DNA of 61,486 nucleotides, the filler included, from Choristocarpus tenellus KU-1152 (Eukaryota; Protista; Phaeophyceae), in the NCBI GenBank assembly GCA_964200185.2. It is 11 parts of 11 records of this genome, joined end to end, with 100 filler letters (N's around TTAATTAATTAA, not from the genome) between each part and the next. Parts side by side here need not be neighbours in the genome. Positions count along the whole stretch, not along the records: positions 48,375 to 53,885 come from CAXNAD020010563.1; positions 53,986 to 57,842 come from CAXNAD020017542.1; positions 57,943 to 61,486 come from CAXNAD020019354.1; 8 more parts are not named here. One strand, written 5' to 3'. How positions within the stretch are numbered: position 1 is the stretch's first letter; every line of letters starts with the position of its first letter. A program made the translations under genes and the position numbers. The notes below the pieces were generated by a model, which saw only the letters and a list, made by a program, of their open reading frames with translations, searched no databases and was not told the DNA's origin. Shown here piece by piece: positions 52,301-61,486 of the stretch.

Positions 52301-53850
52301 TGTTGAACCCTGTTTCATTAGAGTTGATTCGGATACTCCAAACCCCAAGGAAAAATTGATTGCGGTGTGACACCAAATTTTATTGTAATTATGGTGTCTA
52401 TAGACGTATGAAATTGAAGAAAGAATCGGTATCAAGTTACTTTATATAGGTGATTGTTATCAATAGGAGGAAATTTTGAAATATCCACCCACTATCTGAT
52501 CTGTGATCTATTATACATATCTCGCATCTATTATGAATTTTTGTTGTTGTCTTCTCCCATCCTGTTCCATCATTTCTTGATATTTTCGGGGGAGTCTAGG
52601 AGTCTTTTGAAAGTTGGATTGAACAAAATTATTATATTTCATGATGTGGAAAGAATCTAAATATATACATCGACAGTACTGTACTGTACTGTACTTATAT
52701 ATTGAAAAAAATCAAGAAACACATTTTTCTTTTTCTTCGTGTCTTGACTATTTTTTTTGTGTTCTCTATCTCTTTGACGTATATTTCATTAATTCCTCCA
52801 TACTTTCTACATTTCTCATTTTCTTCTATCCAGACGTAATTTTCTTGCTATATTATATAATGATATCCCTCGTCCTTGGTATCTCCACACAACAATTTGG
52901 ATATCGCGCGCAGTTATACGTTGAGCGCGCCGCAATCCCCAGTTGAACTTGTTCAAGCCACCAGTCACAGTCCCAAAGACATCCACACAACTTTCACATC
53001 TGGATGAACAGGGAATAGTCAGATCGAAGAGTCCTTCCCATTATTTCTGATCATGTGCAACTACTGGTTATCGTCATGTAGACGCTCTGGGACAACTGTT
53101 TTGTAGTGAGGTTTCTGCTCTCTCCTAACTCACTCAACTCTAGTTGAGATGATGAATGGAGGGAGACACACCCAATTCCGGTGTGATCCACTCCCTTTTT
53201 CCTCCTTGTCTCAAGGTGCTGCACAGCTATTGTTATTGCCCTCCATCGCAGAAAACCAACGGGCATAGATCTCACATTGATATTCACGCCAGTGGTTACT
53301 TTGGGGGCTGTTCGCTAAGTGCCAAGTCTACATCAATATAGCTGACAAACCCAATTACAACCGAGAACACAAAGATAGGGGTCGACACTACGCACATGAA
53401 AATAAACGGAGGAGAGGGGGAAGGAAGCAAAGCCACCACGAATCCTACCGAAGGGGGTAAAGAAGTGGGTACTACCCAAGCTCCACCTCTACTGGCTCCT
53501 GCACTCACTAATGTGGACGATGGCACCCCTCCCTGGTGACCCACTATAACAGAACAGGGCGAAGCTACAGAGCCTGAGGAAAGACAAAATATGTAGACCA
53601 GGCCTGATCTACCTGATGGCAGTCCCGCCACAGATTTCAACATAGATGATGATCTGAAGTGTCAACCCAAGTATGCCCAAAGGGTTGTCCATGAGACAAT
53701 CAGCAGGGTGGACGACAACCAAGGGTTGGTGACTGCAGTCATGCAATCACTCAACATGCAGAAGAGTTTCGCTCACCCTCATGATACAGCATCCCATGCC
53801 TCACCCCTCCTCCCAGACGGCTTAGTGGTCAAATACCTCACCCACAAAGA
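52301..53850 (+). mobile_element. Probable decayed Copia element (putative 5' LTR 52301-52894 plus integrase remnants)
   Basis: An AT-rich block bounded by TGTTG...CAACA is followed by TGG (PBS-like), then DEQGIVRSKSPSHY and LKVLHSYCYC fragments. Confidence 0.4.
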
Positions 53851-55140
53851 TTTACCAGCATTGCCTTTGACTTGAAGTATCTGGGNNNNNNNNNNNNNNN
53901 NNNNNNNNNNNNNNNNNNNNNNNNNNNNNTTAATTAATTAANNNNNNNNNNNNNNNNNNNNNNNNNNNNNNNNNNNNNNNNNNNNTTCAAGTCTTCACCC
54001 CAAAAAACAACTGCCCAATCAACTGCAAATTTGGCGATCAATTCAGGGGTGTTTGAAAAAAAAAAAAAAAAAAAACAGGCTGGGAATCAAGGGCTATGCC
54101 TTCCACTCAACACCAGGCGTCAGAGGATACAAGGCATCTACCTACCCACTCTACAACACATATGCCACAACATTTTGTTGCATCTGCTGCCACCTTGCCT
54201 CTGACCAAAACCACCCACCAAGACACACTCAGTATAAGGCTTCATCTCAGCAGCAACAACTTTCCAGCAAGATGTCGATGTGACATGAAGATGATTTTGA
54301 GGAGGTAGAAGGCATCCACGGTTTGCTCAAGGCTACTCTATCTCGGGTTCTATCTTGCGGGCTTTACTCCGTTCAATGTATGGGATCCAATAGGGTATCT
54401 ATCTTACATGTTAAAATATTAAAATCAAGGAAATATTCCCAGCAAGACCCAGTGTCACTTCTTTTTTTTTTCTCCCCACACTTTTCTCACCTTCTGGACC
54501 GCCTCCTCTGCTCAGAAACCCTCGAGAGCTCTGCAGTCCTCCTTGACAGCGCATCAAACTTCTGAAGCAACAAGCATTACGAGAACGGGGTGGGGTTGTT
54601 GTAGACTGGTCTTGGAGCAAAAAAGCTGGGGCTATGTATCAACATTGATACCCTATCAGGAAAAATTGACGATGTTGACTTCGTCGGCAGTTGGCCAAGA
54701 GCACCTATTCTTCGCCTATGTTTGTTTGTCAAAAGTTGTAGAGGCTACTAATAAGAATTGGCCAGAAAAGACTTGTCTATATGGTTGCAGTGTGCTACCT
54801 TCAGCAACAGTTGGGAAAGGGGACCACTTGCTAAGGCTCTTCCAGGAGATCTAAAAACATTGATGAGGGCAAGTGCAAAAGATATCAGCCTCAGTATACT
54901 CCCAAGAAAGTGCTGGCACAGAGGACAAAATAAGAGTGAGTTGAGAAGAAGACACGAACCGACATATGAAGGAGAGTCAAACAATGCAACTAAATTCACC
55001 TGGACACATTAGTGCAGTCCCACATATATAACAAATACAGTGTTCACAGCATTTTGATCTGCACTATCTGTACTCAGAATAGCAAGTACAAACAATCAGG
55101 AATTGAATCTAGAGAACTTTCCCCAACAATCCTTGAAAAA

Positions 55141-55380
55141 GAGTAAACACATTTAGGAGGGTAGGAGTTTGTCATGTTTGTACCTTTGGTTTTTTATGCC
55201 CTTTTTCGGCTTTTTGTGTGAACACAGTTACCAAAGATGTATACGACTATGAAAGGAGTGACCAGAGCAAGGATATTGACATTTGCTAAGAAACATGAGA
55301 AAGCCAAAATGAACCAAAATATCATAGTGGATTTATGACCTCGAACGGATGCCACCCTACCCTCTTACATGCTTTGGGGA
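55141..55380 (-). mobile_element. Old diverged family A MITE
   Basis: gagtaaacacatttaggagggtaggagtttg...caaggatattgaca...ctaccctcttacatgctttg aligns with 26284-26540 and is flanked by AAAA. Confidence 0.65.
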
Positions 55381-57781
55381 AAAAAAAATGAACAAAAGCA
55401 TCCCAAACTACAAGAAGGCCTATGAGTCAAACAAAGTAAACGAGGGGTACCCAGAGTTTTATTTTAAGGATGCTGAAAAACATACGCAAAATTCGTTTGT
55501 TTTTTTTCCGCAAATGCAAGTAGAGGATATTTTCCGAAGTATGTCCAAAATTTTCAAACAATAGAGGTATCAACCCTCTCAAGTCAAACTTTGTACTTCA
55601 TCGACAGGAATATGGGTGAAATGGAAAAAAAAAAAATTGAAACACTGGCTCATGAAGCAAAACGCCCCAAAACCGGGTACCGCTTATTCTCTTTGGCTCC
55701 ATGACACGTTGAAGTGGAGGGTTGGGAAAGGAAAACAACTACTGCGGGGTTGGGCAGGGATAGGTCCAAGGGTATAAGACAAGTTTGAAACCCTTCATGA
55801 AGCGGAGCACCAGGGACACATCCCACGCATCATGTCTTTGCAATTGTTCGGACTGACTGCATGCTCAAAAAAAAATTATAGGGAGCACAAATTTTCCCCT
55901 TTTTGGTCCCTTCATTACTGGTGAAGAAATGCAGGTTAGACACACTACCAGTGTGCAGTGAACCGGAAAAGCTTCCTACAATCAATTGCTGAATTCGGGA
56001 TATGGTGAGTTTTGTTTTGGTTGGTAACCATAGATAGTGATAGGGGACGATAACCAACAAGGCTTATTGGGAACTCCCAAGCCTCCCACCACAATATCCA
56101 AGGTTGAAGGTGAAGATTGACAACCCAGTGATGATTGGAACTCTAGGAGCAGTACTTCTAATACCCCTCCCCACTCGGATCCTAAGTCGCCCTCTGGGAC
56201 TCTGTTGAGTCGGACAGGACAAAAGGAAGAGACTGAGGAAAAGTCTTTCACCCAACCCGAAACCCTAACTATCCAAGGTCCTCAGAGAAGAGGAATTCAA
56301 ATATGAGAAGTAGGAGGTGGACAAGTATTTCGACGTCGGGGTTCCTTGCCCTTCAAAGTCCAAATTCTTGCCTACTTCAAACAGAGTTTGGGAGCACAGG
56401 ACTGCGGATGCCCATGGCCCTTGCAACCGTGAGCCAGCAGGTGAGAATACCACCCCACTCCACCCCACTAACACCCCCCACAACAAAATACTCCATTACA
56501 AAGCATTTGGTCACAAGGACATTACCACATGAAGAGTTTTCGGCACAATGAATTGCTTTGGTTACAATGGTCTCCAAAAAAAAATCAGATAAAAGGGTTT
56601 GAATATTTTGCCCATACATACCCTCTTCGACTGCTGTGAAGAAATGTCCTTTTCACAGCGGAAGATGAAGAGAAGTATGGTGCAGTACTTCACAACATTT
56701 GCCTTTCACTCATTCATCATCAATTGTCTCAAGGTAGCTCAGCAGAGCAGGTTAGTATCTGCAGGTTCAAGAAACAATCAACACCCAAGATATTCCTGCG
56801 ACTCACAACCCTGGAACTCTGTCTTCAATTACTTGGCCGCCAACAAGGTGACTATCACATATGTCCCACTTATTGGACTCTTCAAGTCCCACAACATTTT
56901 TTCCCTGCCAAAGGGCTGTCCGAGATGAATTACTGGTGACTAAGTTTTGTGTTCATGTTTGAACAGAACCCGCATTGGAGGGGAATTGATGTCCAGGCCA
57001 GGTTCCATGTGAGACTAGATCGCTTTCAACACTTTTTAGACCAACCGAGTGCAGTCATGTAGGTAGTACAAACAGGCATTTCTCATTGTGAATGTTTCAT
57101 GTCCCAAGATGCAGGTCAGATGCTTGACCCGCATACGGCGACCTGGATGTGTTCAGTGATCAACATCAGCAGCCCAATTCTGGGGGGTTTTGTCTTCTGT
57201 TCTGACTGGTCGCATCCAATACACAGCTAGAAAAAAAATAACGCGCTGGATTCGGGATTAAACCTCGCATAGTTCCCCTCAAAACACCTCAACCACTTCC
57301 CTTTTCATCCACCTCTTTGGTGGTTCTGACTAAACACCATTCAGACAGTGAACGGAACTTCACAAAAGCAATCAAGGGTTAATGGATAATGTAATGTACG
57401 ATACATCAAACACGTGAATGTTGCACTGCTCCAGCATTTGCCATGCTACTAAGGTGGACACGGTTGCACCCCATTCAAAAATTCCAAACATGATATTTCT
57501 ACACAAGTATCACAATTTATCCGTATGGTCTATTAATCAAGTAACGCCTAGCCTGGTGCTCTCTTGCCCGCATACCAAGGTTCACACAGTAAACATTTCA
57601 AGACAAAACTAGGGATATATTATTCCACAATAAATGTAACTAAGACGAAAATCAAACATCAGTCCAAGGTACGTACGAGCGATTTAGAGCACACCTTCTT
57701 CCCTCGTTCCACACCCCCACGCACTTTACTACACACTCTCTCGAGCAGTGCGTAGCTAGCCAAAATTGTGGTAACAATAAT

Positions 57782-57999
57782 GAGCCAAAGTATCCTAGAG
57801 GGTAGAGTCACGTCCATTTGGGAGCCAAAATCCAATGTTGCGNNNNNNNNNNNNNNNNNNNNNNNNNNNNNNNNNNNNNNNNNNNNTTAATTAATTAANN
57901 NNNNNNNNNNNNNNNNNNNNNNNNNNNNNNNNNNNNNNNNNNCCAAGCCCCAAATGGACAAACAGGGCAAAACTCATACCCTCCAAGATACTTTCACTC
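57782..57999 (+). mobile_element. Family A MITE left and right ends on either side of a spacer
   Basis: GAGCCAAAGTATCCTAG... at 57782-57842 and ...CAAGATACTTTCACTC at 57943-57999. Confidence 0.8.
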
Positions 58000-58259
58000 A
58001 TAATGGCTCCCCCCCCCCCCCCCTTCTTCCTTCCTGAACCCTACCCTCCTAGCTCCAACCTCTCAAACATTGTTTCCCATATCTATAGAGCCCCCCCACC
58101 CGCACTGCCTATAGAGTCATCTTCACTGTCTTCTGGGGACCTGCTAGCACTCATACAGAAGACTTCTAAGCAACTTCAACTGTGCCTGCTTCGTGTCCTT
58201 AGCTTCATCCCTACAACCCGCATCACCTAGCAGTTGAATCTCCTCCTTGCAGTTCCAGA

Positions 58260-58870
58260 TCCTAGTTGAGCGTGCCTCCATTTGTTGGAGTTTCTCGAGG
58301 ACCTGTCACGAACAATCTCCTGAATGTCATCATCGATTTTCTAATGTCAGAGTTCACATTGTCTCCGGCAACGCAAACACTTATCCCTCCACCGACTCCA
58401 ACTTTCAGCTCAGGTTCTTCAACTCTGATATTTTTCTGGCTAGGTCTACCCTTAGCTCTGGGACCAAGTCTACACAGTGTGTCTCTGCTGATGATGCTAG
58501 ATGTGTTAAAATCCTCGTCAATGCCATCTTTATCTGAGGCTACCGTCTTTGTCTCCTTTCTGGGATTAATGAAACGTTCTCTTATACGGTGGCAGGTTGG
58601 TTGTGATGAAGGGGTATCATAGTGCAATGAAGTATCGGTATACTTGGGCTGATGAACTTAGTGACATGTTTTGCACAGTCAAGGTTGTTTGGTGTGGAGA
58701 TGCTGGGTATTCCTTGGTACATTCACAAGAAGAGATTTATGCTGTGTGTAGAGGCTAGTCACCTTGTAAGAAAGGGTTTTGTGGATGTTTTTAATTTGAA
58801 TATATTGCGTCCAGTTGTGTGTCAGGTACACTTCGTGCAGAGTGAACTCGAGGTCTAAGCGGGGCAAGGT
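58260..58870 (-). mobile_element. Possible decayed MULE transposase C-terminus
   Basis: SCEC/YQGIP fragments (SWIM-like) are followed by PRAKGRPSQKNIR. The evidence is weak. Confidence 0.25.
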
Positions 58871-59743
58871 CAATCAGAGAAAAAGAGCAATCGATATTTG
58901 AGGTACAACTGGTGGCTCTGATGTGAAGATCAAAATAAAAGAACAAACTTCAATCAGTATCTGGGACAAGTCATACGGCACATAATATGATTGTATTTTT
59001 TATAGATATCGACTGTTCCATACTTGCTATGATGCACCCTGGGGTTGTAACGGTAATTTATTATCCGAAGATGAGGTACGAATGGTGTAAATGTCAGAAA
59101 CGACCAGTTCCCATGTGCGAATCAACAGTCAGTATTAACTGGTAATATTGTATCGTATCGATGACATAAAAGATCAATAGCCTGTGTCTTAACACCTTCC
59201 CCTTCCTAGGAAGTGGGTCACAGGATGCCCGAAGATTGAAGTCTGCGCTAGGATCATTGTTCATGAGCCCACACATGACAAGGCGAACAGCTGCTCAGAT
59301 ACGCAGTGACTGGGTATCATACTCCCATTAGCAGTCGCATTAGAAATTTGAAGTAGATGTAGGCTCATCAACACCAGTTGCTGTTACCTGCTCCACTTCC
59401 TCAGCCGCGAGACTCTCGTTCTCATCTAACACTTTTGGGGAGCAGTAAGGCAGGTGAGGGGGGAATAGTTTACAAAGATGGGTAAACATAAACAGAAACT
59501 TTGCCAACTAGAGAACCTCAAGCAAAACCCAACACTCACGAAAAAGATCTGCCCACCCCTCCTCACCGGCAGAATCTGGCCAGGTGGTGGCAGTATCCTT
59601 CTCTTTTGCTCAGCTCTCGATAGTTCCTAGCAAACTTCTGTAACCAAGTCCCCAACCCATTGGGCGGATTCCGACTTTCCTCGTTCCTGGTCAATCCTTT
59701 GTGAGCGATATGCCACAGGGGAGACGGCACTGCTCAATCTAGT

Positions 59744-59886
59744 CGGTCGAAGTATCTGGGGGGGGTGGTGGTTTGTGATGGGGCGTCTGTTTCGGTCCGG
59801 ACGAATTGCTCAAAAATCGTAGCAATTCGTCCTGACCGAAACGGACGCCCTTTCAAAAAGCACTATCCCTTAAGATACTTTGACCC
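59744..59886. mobile_element. Fold-back MITE (family C) with the same TIR core
   Basis: CGGTCGAAGTATC...GATACTTTGACCC with 30-bp internal inverted arms at 59781-59810 and 59821-59850 (28/30). A partial relative lies at 23855-23908. Confidence 0.75.
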
Positions 59887-60647
59887 AGCCACCGTCCTCG
59901 TATGATGTATTTTGGACAAAAAATTCCTTTAGGACCTACGCTTGGCGCTTGAGTGGGTGTAGACTATATTATTTTGGCTCAGGGAAGTTGCCGTTGGGTT
60001 CAAAGTTTTGAGCCGGGGTGGTTGCCGCCGCTTGGTTTGGGTGTGGAAGAGAGGTCATCTGTTGTGGAAATCTCGGCTTGTGCTGAAGATGGTGGTATGG
60101 AGTACGAGATGCTTGTGCGTTAACGTATTTTTAGTAAGGTTTCTGTCAATTGCTCTGTGGTCCAATCAACGCAAAGAGGGGAGGAAAAAGGATTGGGGCA
60201 TGGCAGTAAAAGTATTAGAGGGTGGTGGCAAAACGCACTAATGGAGATGAAGTCTAGGTTGCCACCGGGCCAATCTAAACATGCGTATGAGGACACATAA
60301 ACACAAACTCTTCGGGAAGATAATATAAATTCAATAAACCAAATGTGTAAGTCCGTTGATTTAGAGAACGTTCGATCTCTCTATCATGACATGTCTGTCG
60401 AGGCATGTGTCGGACTGGCGAAGTAGAGTGTGAATCACGAACAGAAATTGGCCTATGTTGCTCCTCAAAGCTGTGTCTCTCGTCAGTATGGTGGCAGTGT
60501 AGGACTTGTCCAGAACCAGGCCCGTGTAGGAGGGTCTTGGTCAAACTTTAGTGTTGGACAAGAAGCTGGATATTTCGCAAGTCGCCATTCTCCCATTTGA
60601 CCTCGTAAGGGTAGCTGACTCGCTCCTCTCTAACTTTCACCGTGTAG

Positions 60648-61486
60648 TGTTAAAGTATCCCCAAAATCATCAAAGAGGACAAGGTGATAAATCCAGCGAG
60701 ATTTCTTGGTGTCTATAGAGTGATTGATTATATTTAAGTGGGGCATGCAATCCCCCATAAAAATCAGAAATATTTCCTATATATGAGAAAAATTCTCACA
60801 CAACTAGTCACTAGTAAAAGGTTCTGATAACTCAACCACTAATTGATTGTTCCTTTACTTCGTACATATTTTACCGTAACTGTCGGATAGAGTTGGAAGA
60901 GTCTAATCGAACACCCTCCCTAGCTCAAACAACTCTTGGAAACTTACAAGAAAAAAATTATGGATCCTAGGAGACTCCTTAGGTCAATCCTGTATGACAA
61001 GAAAACAACCAGCTATTGAACTCACTGACAATAAATAAATCCAAACAAACACACTCAAATTCAGTAAGAAACAAACCACTAATCATAGTCTAAATTTAGC
61101 AAAGCCCCTGCATCGCTCCAAAACGTTATTTCTGCTAAAGGCTTGGTCAAGATATCTGCATGTTGTTCATCTGAAGTAACATGGACAATTCTTATTTGTC
61201 CATTTGCTACAAAGTCCCGTAGGAAATGATGCCGTACATCAATGTGTTTTGTCTTGCCCGAGCTCAAAGGGTTGTTTGCCAAATGGATGGCTCCTGTGTT
61301 GTCCTCATACACTCATAACACGCCCCAGTCATATCAGGTTGCAAGAACTCCAAAACTCAGCAAAAACAACAACTTCTTTACACAATCCCCCATCGCTATG
61401 TATTCTGCCTCTGCAGTCGACTGTGCTATGACACGTTGGGTCCTGGAAAGCCAAGAAACTGCTGCCCCCTCACACATCACTACCCC
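60648..61486 (-). mobile_element. Ty1/Copia retrotransposon 3' end: RNase H, PPT, 3' LTR
   Basis: The RNase H reads SWLSRTQRVIAQSTAEAEY...YEDNTGAIHLANNP...KHIDVRHHFLRD...QHADILTKPL (stop 61079). The PPT AGGGAGGG is immediately upstream of TGTT at 60913, and the putative LTR 60913-60648 ends in AACA. Confidence 0.9.

Noticed and set aside
54543-57250. hAT dimerisation or Ulp1-like transposon remnants
   Set aside because: The resemblances are too fragmentary to call by eye.

Overview
Eukaryotic, intron-rich, repeat-rich nuclear DNA, very probably from a brown alga. The basis is an EsV-1-7-repeat protein, brown-algal-style RTE LINE and LRR sequences, and TTAGGG repeats. The window is 11 contigs joined by ten artificial 100-nt spacers (N44-TTAATTAATTAA-N44), so most genes are fragments. 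Reading splice sites by hand recovers genes that the ORF track splits or misses. The most notable is a >=10-exon gene (14899-23733, +) for an extracellular protein with an integrin-beta-type vWA (betaI) domain, a hybrid-like domain, a CBM-like beta-sandwich and Cys-rich repeats. The others are an EsV-1-7/AT-hook protein, a coiled-coil protein, ABHD17 (5' exons), TSR3 (with a GC-AG intron), the last exon of GSNOR/ADH-III, a DsbA/FrnE oxidoreductase, ARP4 exons and an LRR protein. The repeats include an abundant Sola2-like MITE superfamily with 4-bp TSDs, decayed RTE LINEs, Copia and Gypsy remnants, and interstitial telomeric repeats. All gene models are manual and were not checked against RNA-seq or databases.
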